Positions 26,303 to 37,902 of a DNA stretch of 64,000 nt are shown here, piece after piece (position 1 is the stretch's first letter; the number at the start of each line of letters is the position of its first letter). The notes below the pieces were generated by a model. The model saw only the letters and a program-made list of their open reading frames with translations. It was not told the origin of the DNA and ran no database searches. This DNA is from Candidatus Latescibacterota bacterium (GTDB taxonomy: Bacteria; Latescibacterota; UBA2968). The stretch lies in NCBI GenBank assembly GCA_965208125.1, contig OZ242320.1:1728001-1792000 (forward strand), given 5' to 3'. Both the position numbers and the translations under genes were made by a program.

Positions 26303-29300
26303 ATGTTCTCACAAATTGAACAAATCTTCTCGCACATCATCCGCACCCGCCTGACATTCTTTATGCTCATGCTGGCATTGCCAATCGTGGCAAGCGCGCA
26401 GGAAGTTTCAATTACGTCAAGCCCTACCAGCATAATGGAGGGCAAAAAAGCCACATTTATCATATCGGTGACACCAGCCCCGACCAGAAACCTGACGGTG
26501 AACATAGAAGTGAGTGGCAATACCATCTCCACCAGCTACACGAGTCCTACAAGAATCACCGTCGGCACCTCCGGCCAGTACACTCTGACAGTGCCAACCA
26601 GAGATTTCACGGAGAAGCCGAATGACGAAAACTGGGGCAACATACACGTGGATATAAAAGAAGGGGAAGGCTACACGGTCGATGAGGACCAGGATAATGC
26701 ATCCGTGCAGGTGATTGACGAGGATGCGAATGAGAATCCACCAGTGACAAATGCTCCACTTTCGGTAGTAACGCTTCACACAGACCAAACGCGGGTCGCA
26801 ATAGGCGATGAGGTGACGCTCAAAATAAAGCGCACCACACCTTACGACAGGAAGCATCGGGTGGATTTCCGGGTGTGCGGACACTCGCCGGATATTACCG
26901 ACTGGGAACCGATGGTGCAAATGCTTCATCCGAATGGCGGAAGTTTTCATTCGGACACGCCGGAGGAGAGATCGTATTCTTTCCGCGTGGAAGAAGAGGC
27001 CTGTGGGCACACGCAGGGGCGCAAAATTGAAGTCTATCTCTTCGATGCCTTCTACTATGGAGGATCTAATGTTCGCTCCGGAGAAGATGCTTATAAAGTA
27101 GGCGATCCATCTTCGGTGACTATACCTGTTACGGTTCCCCCAAACTGGCGACCGACAGGATCCCCGACAATCAGCGGCAATCTCGACGAAGGTGAAACAT
27201 TAACCGTCTCCCATGGCCTCAGCGGTGTGACAGGCTATCAATGGTACCGGGGTTCAAATCCCATCTCCGGTGAGACGGGTAACACATATACAATAGTGTC
27301 AGACGATAGTGGTCACCGACTGAAAGTTCGGGTAACCTTCAATAACGGCACGTGCTATTTGGAAAGCGCATTGACAGGAGTTGTAGGTGGAGTAATGCCA
27401 GTCGGGACAATTGTAGGGAATCCCTCAACCATCATCGAAGGTCAGTCCAAGACATTCAGAATCACAATGAACCCTGCCCCGACGGCTCCACTAAATGCAG
27501 AAGTGCGCGTCAGCCAGATCGGCGATTTCATCACTGGCTCACCGGGCGTGGGCACGCACACAGTCAACTTCAGCACCAATCAGGCCACCGCCACAATAAC
27601 AGTCAATACTGAAGATAATCAGGTAGATGAACCGAATGGCGAGATAAGCGTGGAACTGTTGAAGAGAACAGGCTATGAAGTAGGCGACCCATCCATCGCA
27701 ACCGTCACCGTTGAGGACAACGACGGATCTGGCGGCGGGGATCAGAACCCGCAGAACCCGCAGAATCCACAAAACCCACAAAACCCGCAGAATCCACAAA
27801 ACCCACAAAACCCGCAGAATCCACAAAACCCACAAAACCCACAAAACCCGCAGAATCCATCGCAACCACCAGTGCCAGGAACTCCACAGGTAACCATCTC
27901 GGCAGGAACCTCACCTGTCACCGAAGGCACGGATGCAACTTTCACAATCACAGCAACCCCTGCACCCACAACAGCGATAACCGTGAGTGTGAACGTCAAC
28001 GAGGACGGCAACTTCATCAGCGGCACACCTTCCTCAACCGTAACCATCGACGCCAACCAAACCTCCGCCACACTCACTGTCGCAACGGACGATGATGGTA
28101 TAGATGAGCCAAATGGATCGGTAACAGCGCAAGTACAAACCGGAACAGGCTATACAGCAGGCTCTCCATCATCAGCGAGTGTCACCGTTAACGACAACGA
28201 CACTTCACCGCCCGCAATCCCACAGGTAACCATCTCGGCAGGAACCTCACCTGTCACCGAAGGCACGGATGCAACTTTCACAATCACAGCAAACCCTACA
28301 CCCACAACTGCAATAACCGTGAGTGTGAATGTCAGCGAGACGGAAGATGTCATCAGCGGCACACCAGACGTAACCGTAACCATCGACGCCAACGAAACCT
28401 CCGCCACACTCACAGTCGCAACACACGACGATAATACAGATGAAGCATCCAGTGTTATAACCGCGCAAGTGCAAACCGGAATAGGCTACACAGTGGGCGA
28501 CCCATCCTCGGCAACCGTCACCGTCAACGACAACGACGCCCCAGAGGTAAAGGCTCCAGAGCCAGAAGTGACAATCTCGGCAGAGACTTCACCCATCACC
28601 GAAGGCACGGATGCAACTTTCACAATCACAGCATCTCCTGCGCCCACAACAGCAATAACTGTAAGTGTAAACGTCACCCAGACCGGCAATTTCATCAGCG
28701 GCACACCGGACGCAACTATCACCATCGACGCCAATAATACCTCTGCCACACTCACTGTCGCAACAGATGACGATAAGGTAGATGAGCCAAATGGTGAGAT
28801 AACCGCGCAAGTACAAACCGGAACAGGTTATACAGCAGGCTCTCCATCATCAGTGAGTGTCACCGTTAACGACAACGACGCCCCAGAGGTAAAGGATCCA
28901 CAGCCGCCAGAAGTAACAATCTCGGCAGAGACTTCACCCGTCACCGAGGGCACGGATGCAACATTTACAATCACAGCATCTCCTGCACCCACAACCGCAA
29001 TAACCGTGAGTGTAAATGTCAGCGAGACGGAAGATGTCATCAGCGGCACACCTTCCTCAACCGTCACCTTCAAAGCCAACCAGACCTCCGCCACACTCAC
29101 AGTCACAACACACGACGATAATATAAGAGAAAACGCCAGTGTTATAACCGCGCAGATCCAGTCTGGAACAGGCTATACAGTAGGCTCTTCATCCTCGGCA
29201 ACCGTCACCGTCAACGACGACGACGCCCCAGGGGTAAAGGCTCCAGAACCGCCAGAAGTAACAATCACAGCGAATCCTACTACCATCACTGAAGGCACGG

Positions 29301-32300
29301 ATGCCACATTTACAATTACGGCGAGCCCTGCGCCTACAAGCGCACTGAAGGTACGGGTGAATGTCACTCAGACCGGCAAGGTCCTCAGCGGCACACCTTC
29401 CTCAACTGTCACTTTCAAAGCCAACCAGACCTCCGCCACACTCACTGTCGCAACAGATGACGATAAGGTAGATGAAGACGCCAGCATGATAACAGCGCAA
29501 GTGGAAACTGGAACAGGCTATACAGTAGGCTCTCCAGCCTCAGCGAGCGTCACCGTTGAGGACAACGACATTCCACAGGTGACAATCACAGCGAATCAGG
29601 CGAGCGTCACCGAAGGCACGGATGCCACATTCACAATCACAGCGAACCCCAGGCCAGCAACCGCACTGACTGTGAACGTGAACGTCATCCAGACTGGCAA
29701 TTTCATCAGCGGCACACCATCCTCAACTGTCACCATCAGCACTACTGGTCAGGCCACACTCACTGTCGCAACGAATGACGATAATGTAAATGAGCCAGAT
29801 GGCGAAGTAACAGCGAAAATACAGACTGGAACAGGCTATACAGTAGGCTCTCCAGCCTTGGCAACTGTCACCGTTGAGGACAACGACATTCCACAGGTGA
29901 CAATCACAGCAAATCGCGCGAGCGTCACTGAAGGCACGGATGCCACATTCACAATCACAGCATCCCCCGCACCGGGAACAGCAATAACCGTGAGTCTGAA
30001 TGTCAGCGAGACGGAAGATGTCATCAGCGGCACACCGCCCTCGACCATCACCATCAACGCCAACGAAACTACAGCCATCCTCCCAGTAGCGACAGAAGAC
30101 GATAATGTAGATGAAGAAGCCAGCGCGATAACCGCAGCACTACAAGCTGGAACAGACTACACAGTGGGCGATCCATCCTCGGCAAGCATCACTGTCAACG
30201 ACAATGACGCTGCTCCCAACTCACCAGCGACAGGTGCCCCAACAATCAGTGGCACACCTCAAGTGGGAGAAACACTAACAGCGGACGTCTCTAACATCCG
30301 GGATGCCAATGGCCTCGAAAATGTAACCTATACCTATCAGTGGATCCGCGTAATCGGCGGTGTGGAAACCGAAATCTCCAATGCCACAGGTGTAACATAC
30401 GAAGTCGCAACAACCGACATTGATTCCCGGATAAAAGTTCGGGTGAACTTCACCGACGATGCGGGCAACGCCGAAGAACTGGAAAGCGAATTGACAGCCA
30501 TCGTCGTTGCACCAGTTGTAATACCAGCCTTAACAATCTCGGCAAGTGCTACAAGCATCACTGAAGGCACGGATGCGACATTCACAATCACAGCGAACCC
30601 CAGACCGGCAACCGCAATAACCGTGAACGTGAACATCACCGAAACTGGCAACACCTTCAGCGGCACACCGGCATCATCAGTCACCATCGGTACCAACGGC
30701 CAGGCTACACTGACAGTCGCAACAGATGACGATAAGGTAGATGAAGACGACAGCGTGGTAACAGCGCAAGTGGAAACTGGAACAGGCTATACAGTAGGCT
30801 CTCCAGCCTCAGCGAGCGTCACCGTTGAGGACAACGACATTCCACAGGTGACAATCACAGCGGATACTTCACCCATCACTGAAGGTGCGCCTGCGACATT
30901 CACAATCACAGCGAACCCCAGACCGGCAGCCGCAATAACCGTGAACATAAGCGTCACCCAGACTGGCGATATTCTCAGCGGCACACCATCCTCAACCGTC
31001 ACCATCAGCACTACTGGTCAGGCCACACTAATAGTAGCAACGGACGACGACGATGTGCGCGAATCCGATGGTACCGCAACGGCGCAGGTAATAGCAGGCA
31101 CGGGCTATACAGTAGGCTCTCCAGCCTCGGCAACCGTCACCGTCAACGACAACGACACACCCCCGAACTCGCCAGCGACAGGTGCCCCGACAATCAGCGG
31201 CAAACCCGAGTTGGGTGAAACACTCACAGCCGATGTCTCTAACATCCGGGATGCCAATGGCCTCACCAACGTGTCATACACCTATCAGTGGATCCGCGTA
31301 ATCGGCAGTATGGAAACCGAGATCTCTGGATCCACGGGTTCGACGCACGAAGTCGTAACAGCCGATAGTGGTTACCGGCTAAAAGTTCGGGTGAACTTCA
31401 CCGACGATGTGGGCTATCCCGAAGAATTGGAAAGCGCGTTGACAGCGATGGTGATCATACCGGGCGTGACGCCGGTAATAACAATCACAGCGGATCCCCC
31501 AGGTGTCACCGAAGGCACGGATGCGACATTCACAATCACAGCAACCCCTGCACCCACAATCACACTCACCGTGAACATAAGCGTGACCGAGACCGCCAAT
31601 ACCATCAGCGGCACGCCACCCTCAACAGTCACCATCAGCGCCGGCCAGACCACCCTGACAGTAGCAACAGACGACGATAAAAAGGACGAACACGCCAGTG
31701 TAGTAACCGCGCAAGTGCAAGCCGGAATGGGCTATACTGTAGGCACTCCAGCCTCAGCCAGAGTACTCGTCCTGGATGACGACCTGCCACCCGCGATAGA
31801 CGCAACCCTGAGCAGCCTGACAATCAACCCCGGCGTAATGATCCCGTCATTCGCCCCGACCACATTGTCCTACACCGCATTAGTGCCCCACGATGCCTCA
31901 TCCGTAACAGTTACAGCAACACCCAATAACCCGGACGCAACCGTAGCCATAAACGGCCAGAACACCACCTCATTGAACATACCATTTACCGGTGACACGA
32001 TGGACATCACAGTAACAGTTACAGCCGAAGATGGCGTCACCCAATTGACCTACACCATCACAGTCAACCGGGCGCCAGCAGGACTTCCACAGGTGACAAT
32101 CAACGCGAAATCCACAAGCATCACCGAAGGCGCAACTGCCACATTCACAATCACAGCAAACCAGCCATCGGTAACCGACCTGACCGTGAACGTAAACGTA
32201 ACCGAAACCGCCAAAATGCTCAGTGGCACACCGCCCTCAACAGTCACCATCAGCGCCGGCCACACCACCGCCACCCTCACAGTAGCAACAGACGACGATG

Positions 32301-35300
32301 GTGTAGATGAACACGCCAGCGCAATAACCGCGCAAGTGGAAACCGGAACAGGCTACACAGTAGGCGATCCATCCTCCGCCAGAGTACTCGTGTTGGACGA
32401 CGAAGTGGTATTATCGACCAACGCAAAGCTGAGCAGCCTGACCATCAACCCCGGCACACTGAACCCGGCATTCGATCCCGGCACATACACCTACACCGCC
32501 ACAATGCCGTACGCGACCACAACAGTAACAGTCACAGCAATACCCAATCACACAGACGCAACCGTCACCATCAACGGGCAGACCGCGACCACATCGAACG
32601 TACCTTTTACCGGCGACACAATGGACATCACAGTAACAGTCACCGCCGAAGACAACACCACACAGTTGACATACACCATCACAGTCAACCGCGGTGCCCC
32701 ATCGACCGACGCAACCCTGAGCGACCTGACAATCAACCCCGGCACACTGAACCCGGCATTCGATCCGACAACATTGGACTACACCGTCTCAGTGGAAAAC
32801 GGGGTCTCGACAATAACGATTACAGCCACAGCCAATAACCCGGGTGCGACCATAACCATCAACGGGCAGACCGCGACCACATTGGACGTATCACTTGTAG
32901 AAGGCACAAACACCATCACAGTAATAGTCACAGCCGAAGACAACACCACGCAATTGACATACACCATCACAGTCAACCGCGCAGCGCCGGTCCCACAGGT
33001 GACCATCTCGGCAGGGACCTCACCCATCACTGAAGGCACGGATGCGACCTTCACAATCACAGCGACTCCTGCACCCACAACAGCACTGACCGTGACCGTG
33101 AACATCACCGAAACCGGCAATGTCCTCAGCGGCACACCGCCCTCGGCCATTACCATCGACGCCGACAATACCACCGCCACCCTGACAGTCGCAACAGACG
33201 ACGACAATGTAGATGAAGAAGCCAGCGCAATAACCGCGACACTACAAGCTGGAACAGACTACACAGTGGGCACACCATCCTCGGCAACCGTCACCGTCAA
33301 CGACAACGACGCTGCGCCCAACTCACCAGCCACAGGTGCCCCAACAATCAGCGGCACACCTGAAGTGGGCGAAACACTAACAGCGGACGTCTCGAACATC
33401 CGGGATGCCGATGGCCTCGAAAACGTCACCTATATCTACCAGTGGATCCGCGTAATCGGCGGTGTGGAAACCGAAATCTCAGGAGCCACAAGCACGACAT
33501 ACGTAGTCGCAACAGCCGATATCGGTTCCCGGATAAAAGTCCGGGTAAACTTCACCGATGATGCGGGCAACGCCGAAGAACTGGAAAGCGAATTGACAGC
33601 AGTTGTGCCTGCACCAGTCGTAACACCCGTCGTGACAATCTCGGCAAATGTCACAAGCATCACCGAAGGCGCGGCTGCCACATTCACAATCACAGCAACC
33701 CCTGCATCCACAACAGCAATAACCGTAAACGTAAGCGTGACAGAGACCGGCAACGTCATCAGCGGCACACCGCCCGCGACCATCACCATCAGCGCCAACC
33801 AGACCACCCTGACAGTCGCAACAGAAGACGACAATACAGATGAAGAAGCCAGCGCGATAACCGCGCAAGTACAAACCGGAACAGGTTATACAGTGGGCGA
33901 CCCATCCTCGGCGAGCGTCACCGTCAACGACAACGACATCCCCCCGAACTCCCCAGCCACGGGCGTCCCAACAATCAGCGGCACACCTGAAGTGGGCCAC
34001 ACACTAACCGCGGATGTCTCTAACATCCAGGATGTAAATGGCCTCACCAACGTGTCATACACCTATCAATGGATCCGTCTGGTAGGCAGTGTGGAGACCG
34101 AGATCATCGGAGCCACGGGTGTGACATACCAGGTCACAATAACCGACACAGATCGCCAGCTAAAAGTTCGGGTCAACTTCACCGACGACTTGGGCTATGA
34201 CGAAGGATTGGAAAGCGCATGGACAATTGTTATTACACCAGAGGAACCTCGCGTGGTAAAACTGGACGGATGGCTGGCGCGATTTGGGCGAACCGCATCG
34301 AATCACGTAGTCGAAACAGTGCGCGAACGCGTGAGGGGGCACGTGGGCACCAACCATGTGGTAATCGGCGGGTACAACCTGAATGAGATGAATTATAACG
34401 GCCTATTTTTCAACCCGACATGGATGACGGGCGATTCCCCAATGAGATTTAGCATTGAGGCCGCGCAGAGTGCTCACGACAAAGAGATATTGAAGCAAAT
34501 CATATCGAGTACATCATTTGCCCTGTCTGGCACAATGGGACCATATAGCGAACCTCGATGGGCAGTGTGGGGCCGGGGCGCAACAACGCGCTTTAGCGGC
34601 ACCGACGACGATCAGACAGTAGAAGGCGACGTAACATCGGTCATGCTGGGCATCGACTATGGAGATAACAGTTTCCAGGGCGGGCTTGTCCTATCCTACA
34701 CCATGGGCGATGGCATACTGGGCACCATCGCCAATACCCGCGACGAATGGTCAGTAGAGACAACGCTGACGGGTATTTATCCCTGGGCGCGCCTCGCATT
34801 GACAAACCGGTTCTCTGTATGGGGAATGCTGGGCTATGGCGGAGGCGATCTGCCCCTATCACTCGAAGGCATCAAAAAATTAGAAACAGACGCAAACATG
34901 GTAATGGGAGCCATTGGTACCCGCACCGACTTAATCGGATCGACCTGGCATGACGGATTCTCATTATCACTGGCATCAGATGCGATGCTATCGCGCGCAA
35001 ATGCGGATGATCTGAGGGATCTGTTGGAAAACAAGGGCACTGCGAGCCGCGTACGCGTATTATTAGAAGGATCACACGTACTCTGGGTCGCCGGGGGATC
35101 ACTGCAACCATTGGCCGAGGTGGGAATGCGGTATGATGGCGGCGATGCAGACACAGGCATGGGGATAGAAATTGGTGCCGGAATGCGCTATGTACTGACC
35201 TCGCTGGGCCTGATGATTGAAGGTCGGGTACGCGGCCTCATAGCACACCAGGAAGGCAGTTATGAAGAATGGGGCGGTTCGGGCACAATCCGCCTGTCTC

Positions 35301-35713
35301 CAAATCCATCAGGCGAAGGACTATCGCTTCGGGTATCGCCAACATGGGGCAACGCATCTGGCAGCGCGCGTGCCCTGTGGTCAAGACCCGACATGAGCGA
35401 CATCGCATCTGGTCGCAACTCGGAAGTCTTCGCATCTAACCGCGTATCCACCGAAGTAGCTTATGGCGTGCCGCTGAGCGATAAATTAGTTGCAACCCCA
35501 TTTGTCGGACTACAAGACAGGCACAAACGGCTCGGCCTCGGCTTGCACAGAGGTTCGTTGTTCGGCCTCGCAGTCGAAGGCATGCAACACAACCAGGACC
35601 TTGCCCTGCGGGTTCGCGCGGGCATGCACACGCACAACTTCATCCTCCGCCTTGAAGGCAGCCTCGATAAATATGGTCACCACGCCTACTTCAGGCTACA
35701 CCACGATATGTGA
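26303..35713 (+). CDS. Giant repetitive autotransporter adhesin (Calx-beta-like, Ig-like and cadherin-like repeats; C-terminal beta-barrel)
   Basis: Signal peptide; about 15 VTI..TEG..ATFTITA...VTVNDND repeats, 5 PTISG..GETLT...YQW repeats, 3 LSSLTINPG cadherin-like repeats; WLARFGRTA linker and EVGMRYDGGDADTGMGIE barrel motif. Confidence 0.92.
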   Translation: MFSQIEQIFSHIIRTRLTFFMLMLALPIVASAQEVSITSSPTSIMEGKKATFIISVTPAPTRNLTVNIEVSGNTISTSYTSPTRITVGTSGQYTLTVPTRDFTEKPNDENWGNIHVDIKEGEGYTVDEDQDNASVQVIDEDANENPPVTNAPLSVVTLHTDQTRVAIGDEVTLKIKRTTPYDRKHRVDFRVCGHSPDITDWEPMVQMLHPNGGSFHSDTPEERSYSFRVEEEACGHTQGRKIEVYLFDAFYYGGSNVRSGEDAYKVGDPSSVTIPVTVPPNWRPTGSPTISGNLDEGETLTVSHGLSGVTGYQWYRGSNPISGETGNTYTIVSDDSGHRLKVRVTFNNGTCYLESALTGVVGGVMPVGTIVGNPSTIIEGQSKTFRITMNPAPTAPLNAEVRVSQIGDFITGSPGVGTHTVNFSTNQATATITVNTEDNQVDEPNGEISVELLKRTGYEVGDPSIATVTVEDNDGSGGGDQNPQNPQNPQNPQNPQNPQNPQNPQNPQNPQNPQNPQNPSQPPVPGTPQVTISAGTSPVTEGTDATFTITATPAPTTAITVSVNVNEDGNFISGTPSSTVTIDANQTSATLTVATDDDGIDEPNGSVTAQVQTGTGYTAGSPSSASVTVNDNDTSPPAIPQVTISAGTSPVTEGTDATFTITANPTPTTAITVSVNVSETEDVISGTPDVTVTIDANETSATLTVATHDDNTDEASSVITAQVQTGIGYTVGDPSSATVTVNDNDAPEVKAPEPEVTISAETSPITEGTDATFTITASPAPTTAITVSVNVTQTGNFISGTPDATITIDANNTSATLTVATDDDKVDEPNGEITAQVQTGTGYTAGSPSSVSVTVNDNDAPEVKDPQPPEVTISAETSPVTEGTDATFTITASPAPTTAITVSVNVSETEDVISGTPSSTVTFKANQTSATLTVTTHDDNIRENASVITAQIQSGTGYTVGSSSSATVTVNDDDAPGVKAPEPPEVTITANPTTITEGTDATFTITASPAPTSALKVRVNVTQTGKVLSGTPSSTVTFKANQTSATLTVATDDDKVDEDASMITAQVETGTGYTVGSPASASVTVEDNDIPQVTITANQASVTEGTDATFTITANPRPATALTVNVNVIQTGNFISGTPSSTVTISTTGQATLTVATNDDNVNEPDGEVTAKIQTGTGYTVGSPALATVTVEDNDIPQVTITANRASVTEGTDATFTITASPAPGTAITVSLNVSETEDVISGTPPSTITINANETTAILPVATEDDNVDEEASAITAALQAGTDYTVGDPSSASITVNDNDAAPNSPATGAPTISGTPQVGETLTADVSNIRDANGLENVTYTYQWIRVIGGVETEISNATGVTYEVATTDIDSRIKVRVNFTDDAGNAEELESELTAIVVAPVVIPALTISASATSITEGTDATFTITANPRPATAITVNVNITETGNTFSGTPASSVTIGTNGQATLTVATDDDKVDEDDSVVTAQVETGTGYTVGSPASASVTVEDNDIPQVTITADTSPITEGAPATFTITANPRPAAAITVNISVTQTGDILSGTPSSTVTISTTGQATLIVATDDDDVRESDGTATAQVIAGTGYTVGSPASATVTVNDNDTPPNSPATGAPTISGKPELGETLTADVSNIRDANGLTNVSYTYQWIRVIGSMETEISGSTGSTHEVVTADSGYRLKVRVNFTDDVGYPEELESALTAMVIIPGVTPVITITADPPGVTEGTDATFTITATPAPTITLTVNISVTETANTISGTPPSTVTISAGQTTLTVATDDDKKDEHASVVTAQVQAGMGYTVGTPASARVLVLDDDLPPAIDATLSSLTINPGVMIPSFAPTTLSYTALVPHDASSVTVTATPNNPDATVAINGQNTTSLNIPFTGDTMDITVTVTAEDGVTQLTYTITVNRAPAGLPQVTINAKSTSITEGATATFTITANQPSVTDLTVNVNVTETAKMLSGTPPSTVTISAGHTTATLTVATDDDGVDEHASAITAQVETGTGYTVGDPSSARVLVLDDEVVLSTNAKLSSLTINPGTLNPAFDPGTYTYTATMPYATTTVTVTAIPNHTDATVTINGQTATTSNVPFTGDTMDITVTVTAEDNTTQLTYTITVNRGAPSTDATLSDLTINPGTLNPAFDPTTLDYTVSVENGVSTITITATANNPGATITINGQTATTLDVSLVEGTNTITVIVTAEDNTTQLTYTITVNRAAPVPQVTISAGTSPITEGTDATFTITATPAPTTALTVTVNITETGNVLSGTPPSAITIDADNTTATLTVATDDDNVDEEASAITATLQAGTDYTVGTPSSATVTVNDNDAAPNSPATGAPTISGTPEVGETLTADVSNIRDADGLENVTYIYQWIRVIGGVETEISGATSTTYVVATADIGSRIKVRVNFTDDAGNAEELESELTAVVPAPVVTPVVTISANVTSITEGAAATFTITATPASTTAITVNVSVTETGNVISGTPPATITISANQTTLTVATEDDNTDEEASAITAQVQTGTGYTVGDPSSASVTVNDNDIPPNSPATGVPTISGTPEVGHTLTADVSNIQDVNGLTNVSYTYQWIRLVGSVETEIIGATGVTYQVTITDTDRQLKVRVNFTDDLGYDEGLESAWTIVITPEEPRVVKLDGWLARFGRTASNHVVETVRERVRGHVGTNHVVIGGYNLNEMNYNGLFFNPTWMTGDSPMRFSIEAAQSAHDKEILKQIISSTSFALSGTMGPYSEPRWAVWGRGATTRFSGTDDDQTVEGDVTSVMLGIDYGDNSFQGGLVLSYTMGDGILGTIANTRDEWSVETTLTGIYPWARLALTNRFSVWGMLGYGGGDLPLSLEGIKKLETDANMVMGAIGTRTDLIGSTWHDGFSLSLASDAMLSRANADDLRDLLENKGTASRVRVLLEGSHVLWVAGGSLQPLAEVGMRYDGGDADTGMGIEIGAGMRYVLTSLGLMIEGRVRGLIAHQEGSYEEWGGSGTIRLSPNPSGEGLSLRVSPTWGNASGSARALWSRPDMSDIASGRNSEVFASNRVSTEVAYGVPLSDKLVATPFVGLQDRHKRLGLGLHRGSLFGLAVEGMQHNQDLALRVRAGMHTHNFILRLEGSLDKYGHHAYFRLHHDM
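27743..27859 (+). repeat. (QNP)13 in-frame 9-bp tandem repeat
   Basis: CARAAYCCR x13 with a 27-bp higher-order period. Confidence 0.95.
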
Positions 35714-35731
35714 TTCCCAGCCCCTTTTTCC

Positions 35732-36724
35732 ATGACCCTCAAAACCCTGAACCACACCCTCTCCAAATTCCGCAACCTCGCCCTCCTCGTTATCGGCGAC
35801 TACTTCCTCGACCGCTATCTCATCACGGACCCCGACCTCGCCGAAACATCCATCGAAACCGGCCTTGAAGCGCGCCAAATCGTCGCCATTCGCAACCAGC
35901 CCGGCGCAGCCGGCACCATCACCTCCAACCTCTGCGCCCTCGGCATTGGACACATTTATGCCCTGGGCATAATCGGTCGCGACGGTCAGGGCTATGACCT
36001 CAAACAGGGACTGCGCGCCACGGGTGTAGATATCACCCACCTCATCGAAACACCCGACCGCTTTACCCCGACTTATACCAAACCCATAAACAAAAAAACA
36101 GGCGCTGAAATGGAACGCCTGGACATAAAAAATCGAACGCCTTTACCCCTCGACCTCGAAAACCAACTCATTAAAACCCTGCGCCATCTCCTCCCCAAAG
36201 TAGATGGCGTCATCGCCCTCGACCAGGTGCAAGAAGCCAACTGCGGCGTACTCACAGATCGCGTCGTCGCCGAACTCGCAAGCCTCTCCAAAACCCATCC
36301 CAACACCATCTGCTTTGCCGACTCCCGCACCCGCATCACCAACTTCAAAAACGTCATACTCAAAGCCAACCGCGACGAAGCCATACACGCCACGGGAGAA
36401 CGCGACCTCAACCAATGTGCCCGCATCTTTTCCCAGCGCACCGGCAAACCCGTCTTCATCACCCTTGGACCCGACGGCATTCTCGTTGCCAACAACGAAA
36501 ACCTCATGCATATTCCCGGTATAAAAGTTCCATCCCCCATCGACATCGTGGGCGCAGGTGACAGCGTCTCGGCATCTGTGGTCTCCGCCCTTTGTGCTGG
36601 CGCATCACTATCCGACGCCGCCCAAATCGGCGTATTGGCCTCATCCATCACCATACAACAAATCGGCACAACCGGCACAGCCTCGCCCGAACAAATCGTA
36701 AAAACAGCCCGACGCGAACTATAG
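35732..36724 (+). CDS. PfkB-family sugar kinase (RfaE/HldE kinase-like)
   Basis: LVIGDYFLDRY, PGAAG and DIVGAGD motifs. Confidence 0.9.
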   Translation: MTLKTLNHTLSKFRNLALLVIGDYFLDRYLITDPDLAETSIETGLEARQIVAIRNQPGAAGTITSNLCALGIGHIYALGIIGRDGQGYDLKQGLRATGVDITHLIETPDRFTPTYTKPINKKTGAEMERLDIKNRTPLPLDLENQLIKTLRHLLPKVDGVIALDQVQEANCGVLTDRVVAELASLSKTHPNTICFADSRTRITNFKNVILKANRDEAIHATGERDLNQCARIFSQRTGKPVFITLGPDGILVANNENLMHIPGIKVPSPIDIVGAGDSVSASVVSALCAGASLSDAAQIGVLASSITIQQIGTTGTASPEQIVKTARREL

Positions 36725-36730
36725 ATTCTA

Positions 36731-36880
36731 GTGACTACTCCCAACGATAGAGCAGTTGGGCTTCTTGGCGGTCAATCCGCCTGACGTTGTAGCCCCAACG
36801 TCAATATGTTTATCGCAGCATTGTGGTCTCTGTCCGTCTTATAGCCACATGCCTTGCAATGATGCACACGCTGAGACAAT
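36731..36880 (-). ncRNA. TnpB omega/reRNA scaffold region; guide predicted to begin at 36730 (TAGAATCTATAGTTCGCG...)
   Basis: Established position overlapping the tnpB 3' end and right end; 5' boundary is a guess. Confidence 0.55.
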
Positions 36881-37896
36881 GCTTTCTTTTCTCTATGTCC
36901 ACATGCTGAGCAATCTTGTGACGTATAGTCAGGATCAACGGCCTTGAATCCAATACCAGCTTCTTCCGCTTTGTATTCGAGACAGTGCCGAAACAGTGAC
37001 CACGCTACGTCTGATATTGATTTAGCCAATCGTCTGTTCTTTTGCATCTCTTTAACGTCCAGTTTCTCTACGGCAATGAAACTGTGACGATTGACCATTT
37101 TTCTTGATTCTTGATGAGCAAAGTTGTGACGCTTATTACGGATACGCTCATGCACTTTGGCAATGACTTTACGACGCTTTTCTCTTACCGCGTCGGTCTT
37201 GGGTCTTTTTTTCACTTTGTCCCATTTGCGCTGTGCTTTGGCAAGAGACTTTTCCTCTTTGCGAAAGAAACGTTGATTCTCTATTTTCTCGCTGTCACTG
37301 GTCACAGCAAAGGACGTAAGACCCACGTCAATGCCAACAGCAGAGTTAGTGTTTGGTTTCTTATCTTTTTCGCCAATATCGCAAGAGATAGATACAAACC
37401 ATTTGCCTGTTGCTGTGCGTGTGATTGTGCAAGACTTAGGGATACCTAAGAGTGACCTGTGCTGGACAATGCGAATGCAACCAATACTGCCCAATCGCAA
37501 GCCCTTGTTGTCCAATCGACATCCATTGGCAAACTGAGGATAGGTGATAGAATCATAGCGATTCTCATTCTTGTATCTGGGAAAGCCCGCTTTCTCGCCA
37601 GTCTTTGACTTCTCTTTGAGACGCCGAAAGAATGCTTTGAATGCTAAATCCACCCTTGCCGATACTTGTTGCAATACCTGACTATATACTTGCTTGAAAG
37701 CGGCGTGTTGCTGTTTCAACAATGGTATTGTTTTAGTCTGGTCATATTGAGAGAGAGACTTATTCTCATTCTTCCATGCTTGTATTCTGGCACAGAGTAG
37801 TTGATTGTAGAGAATGCGGCATTCGTCAATATGCGCCAGCAAGATTTGTTCTTGTTTTTTGGTCGGACGCAATCTGTATTTAAATGACTTAACCAT
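36772..37896 (-). CDS. tnpB: RNA-guided endonuclease TnpB
   Basis: KSFKYRLRPT HTH; RuvC D (GIDVG), E (AVEKL) and D (DRDHNAAIN) all present; CSACG/CKACG Zn finger. Confidence 0.95.
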   Translation of the reverse strand: MVKSFKYRLRPTKKQEQILLAHIDECRILYNQLLCARIQAWKNENKSLSQYDQTKTIPLLKQQHAAFKQVYSQVLQQVSARVDLAFKAFFRRLKEKSKTGEKAGFPRYKNENRYDSITYPQFANGCRLDNKGLRLGSIGCIRIVQHRSLLGIPKSCTITRTATGKWFVSISCDIGEKDKKPNTNSAVGIDVGLTSFAVTSDSEKIENQRFFRKEEKSLAKAQRKWDKVKKRPKTDAVREKRRKVIAKVHERIRNKRHNFAHQESRKMVNRHSFIAVEKLDVKEMQKNRRLAKSISDVAWSLFRHCLEYKAEEAGIGFKAVDPDYTSQDCSACGHREKKALSQRVHHCKACGYKTDRDHNAAINILTLGLQRQAD

Positions 37897-37902
37897 AATA
37901 AA

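Noticed and set aside
27880-34230. Many antisense and alternative-frame ORFs over the adhesin
   Set aside because: Shadow ORFs produced by repetitive, codon-biased coding sequence
36772-37896. Cas12f/CRISPR-associated effector or inactive TldR
   Set aside because: No CRISPR array; IS605-type ends present; RuvC triad intact
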